The notes under the pieces: model-generated
Databases searched by the model: none
Seen by the model: the letters and a program-made list of their open reading frames with translations, nothing else
Told to the model about the DNA's origin: nothing
NCBI GenBank assembly: GCA_018398765.1
Contig: JAHBMJ010000434.1
Coordinates: 1-47,775 of the forward strand
Reading direction: 5' to 3'
Origin: Chromera velia
Taxonomy: Eukaryota
DNA length: 47,775 nucleotides
Shown: one piece after another, positions 10,790 to 21,930 of the stretch
Layout of the letters: the number at the start of each line of letters is the position of its first letter
How positions within the stretch are numbered: position 1 is the stretch's first letter
Program-made: the position numbers and the translations under genes

Positions 10790-13700
10790 GACAAGCGAGT
10801 CCGTTCTACACATCTGCAAAGATCGCTCAAGCAACTGCTTCTCTGGCAGGGACTAATTGTGGCTCTTGATTCCGTTAAATCCTCAACAAGTCTCTTTTTT
10901 GTATACAAAGCCACACAGACCCTGATGCAGTTAAGAGCCCTCCCTTGTTCTTTCTTCATCCTTCGCGCTGACACACATGCAGGAAAATCTACTTACAGGT
11001 TGTGGTGGTTGTAGTGGTCGTTGTAATGTTTGCAGTAGTTGTCGTTGTGGTGGTGGTAGTTGTGACGGTAGTGGTCGTGCTAGTCGTCGTGTTCAATACC
11101 GTCGTCGTGGTTGTGGTCGTCGTGTTGGCTGTTGTGGTGGTGGTGGTGGTTGTGGTGGTCACATTAGTGGTTGTAGTCGTGGTCGTGGTCGTGGTCGTGG
11201 TTGTAGTAGTGGCATTTGTCGTCGTGGTGGTTGTGGTTGCAACCGTGGTGGTTGTTGTTGTATTGACAACGCTGCCCGGGCACGTAAAGTTCGCGCCTGC
11301 ACGCGAATCATGAGGAGGGGTGAAAATGGGAACGAATAGATATGAAGGTCCAGCAGTGCATCTCAAAAAGTTCAACCTGCATGAAAAAATGGTTGTTTGC
11401 CCGCAATAGTCGAAGAAGAACAAAGCAAGCACGGAACGCACAGAGCCTGTAAAGATTGATTCTGCTGATTCAGATTGACGGACGCACCAGATCGTGAAGA
11501 AGCCTCGGAGATTGCCAGTGTCACTGCGGCCTGCAGAGAGAGACGCCAGAGGGGCATTTGTGAAGACAAAAGACAGTGGTCCTTAGCAGACTGCGAAGAC
11601 TGGAAGAGTGCAAGGGATTGAGGGACAAGGTTGAAGAGAGAGACAGAGCACAAGAGACGCTGTCTGCAGGTGGTGTGCTGCATCTTTTCCCTTAATTGGA
11701 ATTTCAGAGTCTTCTCAAAACGCATGCATGCAGAGAGAGAAAAAGAAAGAAAAGAAAAGGGACCGCTAGATAACCGACGGACGTCCAGGTCCAGATTGCC
11801 CGATGTCTTCAGGTATCCGGTGAGAGACGCCACAGAACGTTTCTGAAAGAAGCATGCATGGGGGGCAGCATGAGAGTTCACAAAACATTCTTCGTCAATC
11901 CGCTTTCTGGAGAACCAACACCACAGGCACTGTTATGCGCCTGGTTTGTGAATTGATTTTCTGTCTGCTGGCTCTTTGCCCGTGCTTTGCTGCAACCCTC
12001 TGCGGCCCTCCAGGCTTCCATTCATACGCTCGTCAAACCTTTCTTCCTCCTCTCATGTCCGCGTACACCTTCTCACTTTGTGCTGGCTTTCCCGGCCCCT
12101 GTCAGAGTCCCCTCTTCAATCCCCACGTCTCTCTGCCTGGGGAACAGTCTCTCCACTCCCGCCCTTTCATTTCACTCTTTCCCCTTCTCTGCATGTGTCT
12201 GTGTCTCTGCTCCTCTGCAGCTCCTCTGATCGATCAGCTGATGGATGCCTCTCTACGGATGCATCGCATCAAGTTGGTGTAAGGAAGGAAGAAGGCACAA
12301 ACAAATGCATGCACTGACCGACCGACCGATGTTTCAATGAGGCTCCGAAGATCTGTGCTGGAGAAGCCTGACCAGCTGCCCCCCCCTTCCCTGCAGTGAT
12401 GCAGGTCGATCGAGCAATGTGCACAAAAGGAGTGGGGCATCTTTTCCTTGTTCCTACAAACGCGATCATCGGGCAGAAATTGGAGAGAAAGGAATGCAAA
12501 CGGACAACATGCATCGACATGCGGATCCGCGGAGAGCACGTATGAAAGTCGAATCAATAGCAGAAACAAGCAACAAATATGCAGGGGCACTACGCACAAC
12601 TCTGGAGCCACGAACCTTCCCGCGGCCTTTCCGATTGCGATGAGCATGGCGGCAGCGCCTGACACATGAGGTGTTGCCATGGAGGTACCCTGCATTGTGT
12701 GTGAGTATTTTGACATGCACAACAGATTTCACTCGTCGAAACCAGGAGTGATTGTGCTTGTGTAGCATCTTGTACCGTGTGATTCCTCACTGCCACCGAC
12801 GTGTTCCAGCAAGAATAACTTTCATTGACCCATGCATTTGAGCCTCAAATACAGAGAGGCGTCCGTACTGTGCCATTTCAAGAAGGCCGTGCACGTATTA
12901 ATAAAATGCACAGCGGAGCTCTCCAGAATCAGGACAGACTCAAGGGCCCGTCGCTCCCTTTATTTTGCCCTCAGCTGCCTTGAGGCACTGACTCTTCATC
13001 TGTGTGTGCTGAAAAGGGACTGTTGGAGAAAAGTGTCAATGCATGGAACGTCTCTCTGATTGACTGACGTCCAAAATCAGGTAGAAGTTGTCGTTGTAGA
13101 TCGACAGGGACGCGATGTCGACGCCTGAAGAGAAGAGGGGAGGGGAGGGGAGGGAGCAAGGGTTTCTTTCAACACAGGCAAACGTGGAGAGAGAGAGAGT
13201 CCCAGAGTCGAATTGCAGTTTTTCCTTTTGAAGAATCGACGCACTAATTTGCTTGCAACAGAACACCTCACCAGCAGCGGATCCAACTACACATGCATAG
13301 GCACGGGCTTGATTACCTGGGGCTGCGATGTCGACGCTTGTGGGTCCAAAATTCGAGAAGGACGCGAGCGACCCTGCAGGGAGTCGAATTAAAGAATCAA
13401 TCAGCCTGGAATCAACCGTTTGATCTATCCATTGGCTCTCCCCCTCCCTTCCCGGACTGAGCAAGTGCTCACAAAGCCCTCCAGGTCGGTCGTTCATTCG
13501 ATGTGATAATTCAATTCTCTGTTCTGTCAGAAGTTGAATTAAGTGATTGATGCCATGCAGTCTCGACATGCACATCGATGGGCGGCCGGATTAACAGCAA
13601 AAAAGAAATGAGAAGGGTGGGCAGACAGGTCAGAAGATCGAAGGAAAACGTGAACGGAAAAACGGACAGAACGAAAAAAAAAGACAAAACTACAGGCAGA

Positions 13701-16700
13701 CAGGCGAAAGGATGGAGCTGATACGAGGAGTGTATCTCGAGCACGTCGGCTTTCTTTGCGTACCGTCTCTCTGATTGGCAGCGACGGACATGACGTTCAC
13801 AACATCTTTCGCATAGTCTGCACAAACACACACACAAACACGTACACATGGACCAATCACAAAGAAAACTCCATCAACATCAAAATAACAGATGATCAAC
13901 GAGCGGATGGTCATGTGTTGGCGTATTAATTCAGCTCGATACGTGCATGTGCGTAAAGAATTGTGCCCACATTTCCTTCGGCAGCATGCAGGCCGAAGGA
14001 TGCACAGAGAGAAGGACGGAATCACTTAAGGGAAGTGTTCGAAGTCGAGCGCCCTCGCAGGTCATCAACAGAGTCACTTGATGCCCCCCCCTGCTTGTCC
14101 CCAGTCTATCTATGCATTCAGAGACTCCTGCATGTACCACATGACCCTCCATTTGTCTGAACTTCAACTGACTGACTGACTGACTGACTGACTGACTGAC
14201 TGACTGACTCACTGACTCACTGACTAACTGACTGACGCACACGAAGGGTAGAAAGGGGTCGTGTCTGTGTTCAGGCCTGAGTTGCCAGCAGCACAGACGT
14301 GCAGCAGATCTGCATGAAGGCAGGTACATGCGCCAGCATAAGAGCGTCACGCACTATTCGAGCAGCCGATTGCGGGCAATCAAAACAGCATCAAATATCA
14401 CTGATAATTTTGTTTGCTTTTTCAATTGGGAATCAAGACGATATCCACTAGGACTGAGAAAATCAGACTGTTGCACAATGCCTTTCAAACAAACAAACAA
14501 ACAAATGGATGAATCAACTGCCGAACCCACGCATGCCAAGACTCACTCACCCGACGTGTCGCTGAGGGCATTGAGGAGGGACGTGCTCCCCCCCGTCCCC
14601 CCCCAGCTGTTGGAGGTGATGTTCGCTCCTGCATACCGACACACAAGAGGAAAAAGCCCAATGTGTGTCGGTGACAGAATCACACAGAAGGCAAAGGAGA
14701 TTGGAAGGCGAGAGCAAGCAGAAAGACAAAAGAAAGAAATCGGCGGGTCCGCCCAAGATGCATTTTCTTTCGAACAGAATTCTTTTTCTGTATTAATATG
14801 TATGTATTAATATTAATATGTATTCTGTATGAAAGAAAAAGCAAGCAGAAAGACAAAAGAAAGAAATCGGAGGGTCCGCCCAAGAGGGAAAAGAGAGAAA
14901 GAACAACTGCAGGGAGGCAAGAAGAAAGAATCGATAAGAAGAGAAGAGAAGAGAAGAGAATGCAGCGAAGAAAAAGGACGTCTCGTCCAGAAATCCGGGT
15001 GAAATCCTCAGACACACTTCCCCTGAAACCACAATCACAGCGCTCTTTACACTTCCACAGGTTGCCTCGCTTCTGTTGTCGCAACGCTACTTTATTCATT
15101 TCTGTCTGATCCCCCCCCCCTTTCAAGTCCCCAGACGACTTTCATTTGTTGTCTCCTCTTACCCATCGTCGCTGCGTAGTTGATCGCTGCCACTGCACCA
15201 CTCGTGAAACCCTGCACGCAACACCAAAAGAAAGACGAACAGCAGGTTATACAGCGAATGATGGTGTAGAAGTGGCTGCCTGCTATAGAGAGATAGAAGT
15301 GCACTGCTTGAGGGTAAGTATCGGCACAAACATTTCCGCAGCGGTGGGCACACAATAAGTCAGAACAGTTGCTTCATCAGCCTCATTTCAGTTCTCTACT
15401 TATGCCGTCAACTCTTTTTGCATGCGTTTGTTTTCCCTTTTTCTGGTAATGCCTTCTGTCTCTCTTCTGACGCTCCAATACTTTTTCGCAAGTTGTTTTC
15501 CTACCAAAATGCGAATCCTGTCTGTCTGTCTGTCTGTGCGCTTCGATCCCTACGACATGAAACGCCCTGCAGGCACATGGAGTCAAGGGCGCAACTAAGC
15601 TGACCCCTGAAGATCCCTGAATTCTTTTTTCTGTTTTCTTTTTTTTCCTTTTTCTTTTCTTTTTTATTTTTTTTCTTTAAGCTGACCCCTGAAGATCCCA
15701 AGAACTTCAGTGCCATGATCTTGGCACCCCAAAAGACCCCTGCAGACAGGCAGAGTCACTCTTATGATAAACAAAAAGAGGTTCATGATTGAAACAGATT
15801 GGCGATTTTCAGATTGAAACAGCAGAGGAACAAACGGTCCGTCAAAAAGGCCACAGCATCATATCAGCTTCAATAATGCACTCATTCTCTGAAATGAAAG
15901 AAAAGCGACAATCCATTCATCAAAGCGGCCCTTCAGAATTTGAGTCGGAATACAGAAACCAAACAGTGCGAGTAGGAATGCAGAAACCAAACAGTGCACC
16001 CTGATGACCCACCAGCAACATTCACGGCGTTGTTGCCTTCTGCTGCCACAGTTCCTGTGAGCACAGCATCCATACATACATACAGGAGTACATAAATCAT
16101 TGCATCCACAGTAAAAAAAAAGGCGCTTAACTCCAGGAAAAAGATGGGAGGGAGATCCGATGATTGTCGAGGACAGGGCGAAAGGACAGGCCGCCCTTTG
16201 ATTGTCGAGATCGATGGCCGGTTTCCCAATTCACACTTAGAGAGAACCTCTCCAGAGAGTCAAGTCATTTCTTCAGACTTCTTTTCAAGAGCCCAGGCAG
16301 GAGGGCCTCTGCCTCTCGAACGGAAGTCTTCTTCTTCGGCAAGACACTTGGAAGATCCATCAAGGAGATTTCCTTCTTTCTTTCAACCTCCGCCTTCACG
16401 TACCTGCACAATGAGTCCCATGGTTGACTTCGTCGCTTGGATCCGCATCGTCTGCAGGCACATTCATGCGCATGGGTGGGAATGGAACAAGATTTGAGTC
16501 TTGCATGGTTTTTCTTTGGCATCTCAAAACAGATGAAATGAACAATGAAGCGTGAATGCACATTCACAACTTTGGTCTATCGAAACGGATCCTGCCGAGT
16601 GGAAATTTGGATCAGAGATCTTTGAAAGGAGTCAACGCAGACAGAGTTCTTTTCTTCCTATCTGCCTGAACCCCTCACTGCCTTTCACATTGTTCGCTTC

Positions 16701-19410
16701 CTTCCCACACATTGATCGGAGGAGGGCCAAACCATGTGCTGCTCTCAACAGACTAACCGTTAAGAAAATCGTATCCGTAGATGTCGTCTACGTAATTGTT
16801 CCCATCGTCATCGACACCCTGCATGCATCCATGCAGAAACACCGAGAGAGAGAGACCAGATCGAGGAAAGAACGACTTCCGCGGATGATTGAGTGAGTGA
16901 ATACATGCGGGCCTTCTAAGCTGCCAGAGGAGACCTGAACAAACTTGCGGTCAGCCTGAACGAAACTGGATCAAAACACACCAGTTGAAGCTGGCCAAAA
17001 AGGAGAATGCATGCCTGAGTGGATCGGTAACGGGATCTAGAAGCCACCGGCCATGAGATCAGAGGTGACCGCACTCGAGTGGCTGCACGCAGGCACTTGA
17101 AGTATAAGGAAACCTTCATAACGACTCTAGCTCGTCTCTAGACATATCGCCAGCTTCAAGATTTCCATTTTGGCAGGCCAATTCCGAAGGCTGAAGGAAG
17201 GCATAATGAGGCAGAGGCACTCTGACATGCAGACTGACGGCAACTCCGTTCAGTTCAGCATCGTTAGTCCACATACGGCCAGCGTCGAGCAGATCCGGAT
17301 TCTGCCAGCGCACGCCTGCACCCAATGAAGGCAAAATGAGGGAGGAGTTCACACACTCACAGGACTAGATCACAAATACAAAGAACACTGGTTGCTTCGG
17401 CCATCGTGGATAAGAGAGAAGCTGTCTTGTCTGGTCAAAACCCCCATACATGACTCTTGGAGGCGATAGGGAGGTTGCATGAAGGAGGGCCGTATGTGTG
17501 CGTGGGGTGTGCGGATGTATGTACAACATCTGCAGGGAGGTCCGCAGTTTGTGCTTAATTGTACTACTGGAATATCAACAGCATGCAGCAGCGCAGGTCA
17601 GCATCATGGTTTCAAATGCACAGCTGACACACCGGTATCTATAACCGCGACGACGGGAGTGTCGGAGTCCACACCCAGCCCTGCTGGAGGGAAACAGCCC
17701 CAGGCAGTTGGAGCTGCAGACAGGAAGGCAGCATACCCGGGGCATGACTATGAGTACATCTAAGTCCAGATATACTTGTGGATGAACCTCACCGAGCTGC
17801 CAGAATTCACAGCATTCTGTTTTCTGGAGACAAGGAAAAAGGGGACAACTCAGAATATCGTCTTCTCTTGACGACAAGAAATCTCCTAGGAAATCTTCTA
17901 AAACAAGGCGCTATACTACGTGAGTGGAAAGAGAGGAGATCAGTAGATGTGCACAGAACGTACCAAAGAATAGATGACGAGTGGAAGCAGTTGGGTAAAG
18001 GAAGCAAACGGCTCTGAGGAAAGTGACGAGAAAGCCGATAGGCGCTTCTTCAAGCAATCATACGCAAGCCTTCGGAGGGACCTCTGCGCGTTGTCCTTTC
18101 ACACTGGCTGTCGAGTTCACGCAAGCACACAATTAATTCTGCCTGCAAGAATCAACCACACAGCTCCCCAACCAGCCAACCAACCGTTGATGATGCCGGT
18201 CGGGTTTGCAGACTCCGCAAGGGCCCACAGCTGGCTGTAGTACGTGTCGTCTGGGACGTAATCTGTTGGAAGGAGAGGGGGGAGTGAAACCAAAACAGAA
18301 GCACAACAAACTCAGTAATCTTTCGCACACTCCCGATCGACCAATTTTCCTAGAAGGGTCTCTTCCTCTTCGCATGCGATCAACAAAAGGGAGCGGAAGG
18401 AACAGCTGTGAAAAAGATTATCGGAGAAGGCCAAGCAAGAATATCTGATACGAGGAAACTGCACCATTCTGGCAGACTGCGGAAAAATGGGGCGAGTCCA
18501 TTTTCACAAGGCCGACTTAAAATGAAGCAGCCAAAAAGTCTGGGAAAGAGAAAAAATGAGCGATCTTTGTGAGCACGTATCCAAAAAGGGGGGCAGAGAG
18601 GACGCAAGGCCATCGAGAGGGGGAGTACGCACCTGTCTGAGTCATATTCATGACGAAGTCCTCCGACACAGACACCACCTGCAGCCAAAAGAAGGAGAGG
18701 AGTGTGAGGCCAGAGCAAAGGAAGGAAAGGCTCCACGTCAGCAGAGTTGTATGTCGTTCGTCTGTCTGTCTGTCTGTCTGTCTGTCTGTGTTTGTGTTTG
18801 TGTAAGACTTTATTTTTTTCAACGGATGAAGGTCCCGCCCTCACAGACTCACCGAGGGCGATCCCTGCAGCGACCTGAGGATTGTGTTTGCCGAGGCTGC
18901 ACACATTTTGTAGCAAGAGGACAGGTCAGCTCGAGATCAGTCCACAAAAAAGCAAACGACGGGGAAATTAGATAGAAGAGCGAGTGTGAAACAAGCAAGA
19001 AAGGCAAGTCAATCCCCACAAATCACACTTGAAGCTGTGCCTATTCAACGGTAGGAAGGAATCTCCATACTGACACCGAAAAAGATCCAAGAACGGCTCA
19101 GTGGGGGCTGGGCGGATAGAAAAAAAGAGAGCCCCTTGAGGGTGACACCGTGGAATTGGTTTGAGAGGGCCTACTCGCCCACGGCAGCGGATAGACAAGC
19201 GGGATACCGCGAGAGCGCATGGTGGAAAGAAGAAGGTGATTGTGTTTTCCGCATCATGTCGCTCGCACCTTCTGAGTCAGTCTCGACGATGTCCAGGTTC
19301 ACGACGTGGAGACGCTGCACGCTCACAGACGCACCCACAGGAGTCACTCCAGCCAGCTCTGGGGGGGGAGCGACGTTGTCGAAAATGTGCCCGTCGAAGA
19401 ATCTGCACAC

Positions 19411-19493
<83 letters not shown>

Positions 19494-20769
19494 CCCTTTC
19501 CAGTGAGCGGTTCCGGATTAGACTTCAAAGACACCCTGCCGAGTGACAGAATTCCTTCCTTCCTTCCTTCCTTCCAAATTCTGCAAAGGTAACAAAATGT
19601 GTTCTTCCTGCAGTCACCGTTTCAGCAAAGTTTCGCAGCAGCAGATGAGCAGGAGATGATTAAGGCCTCAACCCGTAGCCGTTGTGTGTGATAAGGTATA
19701 GTTGTCAGTCTAGTACCCCACCCCAGACAGCCTCAAACGGCCTTACCTGTCAACGAAAGCGCGCGCAGTTCTCTCAGGTCCCCCGGTCCGTCTTCCGGGG
19801 ACTGCAGGGACTCACACACTCATGTTTACGCAGAATGTGTATGCACACACAACACACACACGCACGGGGGGACGCGCGTACTCACACAAACACACATGCA
19901 TGTATACATACAGACACACGGGGGTGGATGGCTTTTGTCAGATGACTATAAGAAATTCAATGCAGGGACGCAGGGGCACATCACTTTGTCAATCTGCCGA
20001 TGGCTGACCAGCAGACCAGGTGCCAGGGAGTATTTTGAAATGAGCAGACGGATGGACGGAGGAGAAGAGAGATGTATTCGTGACGCAGTGATACACACAG
20101 TAGATCACAGAAGGAACGGATGAGCAAGTGAGTGGATGGAAGCGTGAATGAGAGACCGCATCCCTTGGAAAAGTCGCAAAGGAGGTCTGGATCATCGATT
20201 TCTGGCTGATTGGATGCCTCACTATGAAATGAAGTATTGGAAGAAGAAAAGGCATTCACAGAGTGGTGCAGAAAAGAAATCTTTTGATTCCCCAGCCGGA
20301 ATAAGAGAGCTTCGAGCCTGCATTCTGTTTTGCAGGTAAGGAAACAAGTGTACATTGAGCGGGCCACTTGCGTGCATTGAGAAGTGCTGAGCCAGCTGCC
20401 CGTCCAGAAAGAGAAGTGCTGCGCCAGCTGCCCGTCCAGAAAGAAAGATGCATGTGTGGAAACGTTCGCACATGTGAGGGATTCGCACTAATCTGACTGG
20501 ATAAAATGTATCATGCGCGATGTGCGGGCCTCCAAAGGTGCAGCATGCAGGCCTGGTTGGCTGGAGACTCTTGCAACGGCCAACCAGAGGATCCGTTCCC
20601 TGCATACATGCATATCGTCTGACTCGATGACTGACTGACTGACATGAGGGTTCCCACTCTTCCCAGAGGTCCCGGAAGTTCCGGTGAGCGTCTCCATTCG
20701 TCGAACGGTCTGCAAGGACATCCACAGGATGCACACAAACAGAGCAGAGGATCGAAACGTGCGTGCCAT
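3472..20769 (-). CDS. Type-I membrane subtilisin (S8) with Thr-rich stalk and two EGF-GAIN/GPS modules, ~2149 aa, ~37 exons
   Basis: Phase-consistent exons, minus strand: 20644-20769, 20553-20599 (GC donor, tentative), 20157-20221 (tentative), 19747-19801, 19269-19402, 18853-18896, 18633-18678, 18185-18262, 17793-17816, 17633-17680, 17239-17315, 16758-16818, 16404-16451, 16013-16054, 15687-15739, 15163-15211, 14551-14628, 14241-14309, 13764-13817, 13317-13373, 13069-13124, 12616-12689, 12327-12390, 11783-11842, 11488-11530, 10997-11296, 10590-10670, 10177-10340, 9690-9842, 8352-9457, 7941-8008, 7602-7691, 7181-7344, 6775-6927, 5590-6599, 3904-5131, 3472-3852 (tentative). Total 6450 nt with no internal stop. 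N-terminus [19 protein letters not shown] is signal-peptide-like. Confidence 0.85.
4831..4908 (-). other. Single transmembrane helix of gene A
   Basis: [26 protein letters not shown] followed by the RRRNR basic stop-transfer; Asp/Glu tract follows at ~4500-4665. Confidence 0.9.
5110..7691 (-). other. Module 2: EGF-like + helical region + GAIN-like domain with canonical GPS
   Basis: [29 protein letters not shown] (EGF); [16 protein letters not shown]...[14 protein letters not shown]. The HL|T site falls between 5119 and 5118 and is only visible after splicing 5590 to 5131. Confidence 0.88.
7941..10670 (-). other. Module 1: EGF-like + helical region + GAIN-like domain with degenerate GPS
   Basis: [29 protein letters not shown] (6-Cys EGF); [16 protein letters not shown]...[14 protein letters not shown] (GPS Cys/Trp pattern, no HL|T). 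Confidence 0.8.
10997..11296 (-). other. 300-nt exon encoding a poly-Thr mucin-like stalk
   Basis: ACN codon-degenerate run (all four Thr codons used), bounded by cag/gtaagt, phase 1-1, with seven NxT sequons. Confidence 0.9.
14713..14885. mobile_element. AT-rich hairpin insert (14759-14839) flanked by 46-bp direct duplication
   Basis: DR agcaagcagaaagacaaaagaaagaaatcgg(c/a)gggtccgcccaaga at 14713-14758 and 14840-14885; insert tgcattttctttcgaacagaattc...attctgtatgaaagaaaa. Confidence 0.85.
15596..15699. repeat. 22-bp duplication of exon end + splice donor around a T-rich filler
   Basis: taagctgacccctgaagatccc at 15596-15617 and 15678-15699; filler begins tgaattctttttt. Confidence 0.85.
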
Positions 20770-21930
20770 TCTTTTGCAACGTAGCTTGAGCCAGCTTTCC
20801 GCCCCAGCAACTGCACGCCTGTGGCAGGACTGACCAAGGGTTTGTGGGGGGAATGGAGAAAGTCCCAACTGCACTCTCTTGGTAGCAGCAGCTGTGGAAC
20901 GGGAGGACCTGCAGCAGTCCAAAGATCCGGATAGAGGGGTAGAGGGTCGTAAGGAGTGGGGCCCTGGGTATGCAGGAAGAGTCGCACGCATGCATGTCGA
21001 GGGATGACCTACCACTCGACCAATAGGCGTTTGCTTCCCCCCGCGTTGCAGATGAAGGGCGCGTACGAGAAAATCATGAGAACAATCAGAAAGAGAGACC
21101 ACATGGCTGCTGTCAACCGGTTTGCGTTCTGAATAATAGGCACGTGTTGGGAACAAGACAGAGATGTATGTGAAATATATAGGTCAGACGCTCATGCTGA
21201 GCCCTTTGAAAGAACTTCTCTCTGCCCAAGAACGGGCCCTCGGCTTTCAACTTGTTCCTATCGATTGAGAGTGTTCACAGGGATTCGGTGTTTTTCCAAA
21301 CTGCCAGGTGATCCGAGAGCCCTTATTCACGCTCTTGATCGAGTGCGTAGAAGGAGATTGAGCCTAGCTGAGTCGCCCCACAATCACCAGTTAACTCTGA
21401 CACGAGGCAATGCATGCCATGCATGCCGCCAAATACCGCGCGTTCGATCGGCGGCCGCATGCAGTGAGTGGGCCGCGCGGCGGGCCCGGCCAGTCCGCGC
21501 GGGCCGCGAAGCGTGCGTGCGTCCTCCCCGCGCGCTCATATCTGACACAAAGATTCATGCCTTAATTCGCAGTATGTCAGATCGGCATATGATCGGCACT
21601 CTCACTCACAATATCGGCTCCCAACAGGACAAGACAAGAGTTCAGAACAGGACAGCCCAGAAGGAGGCCCCGATGTCTTCCGTCGCATGCCGCAAAGACG
21701 GGGCACTTCACCCTGCATTTCATGGCACCTGGAGCGAAAGTCTACAATCCCTTGCAAGGCTTTCGTCTTTCTTGGTGCATCTTTCGACGAGCAATCGGGG
21801 TCCCCGCACTGGTGCTTCTGCTGTCGGACAATTGAATGGATTGCAGGAGAGAAACCCATTTGGGTTTAGACGCAACCCTCAGAGGGACCGCGGTTGATTC
21901 GGTCTTTCCGTCTCTTCCATCAGCAGACCG
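20770..21930. promoter_or_regulatory. Divergent (head-to-head) intergenic region with GC/CpG-rich core at ~21410-21535
   Basis: ATGs at 20769 (-) and 21931 (+). The core contains gcggccgc, ggccgcgcggcgggcccggcc and repeated (T)GCATGC. Function is inferred from position only. Confidence 0.55.

Larger units (their letters stand above)
11783..18262 (-). other. Subtilisin S8 catalytic domain of gene A (17 small exons)
   Basis: [18 protein letters not shown] (Asp 17637-17639); [18 protein letters not shown]a-loop insert; NHGTHCAG (His 16420-16422); SNSWGG; AAGN oxyanion Asn; [26 protein letters not shown] (Ser 12681-12683). Confidence 0.96.

Noticed and set aside
11002..11339. Plus-strand poly-Val and Cys/Gly ORFs
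   Set aside because: Antisense shadows of the poly-Thr exon.
20379..20442. 32-bp tandem duplication as another hairpin-insert site
   Set aside because: No filler between the copies; an ordinary tandem duplication, though possibly the filler-less outcome of the same process.
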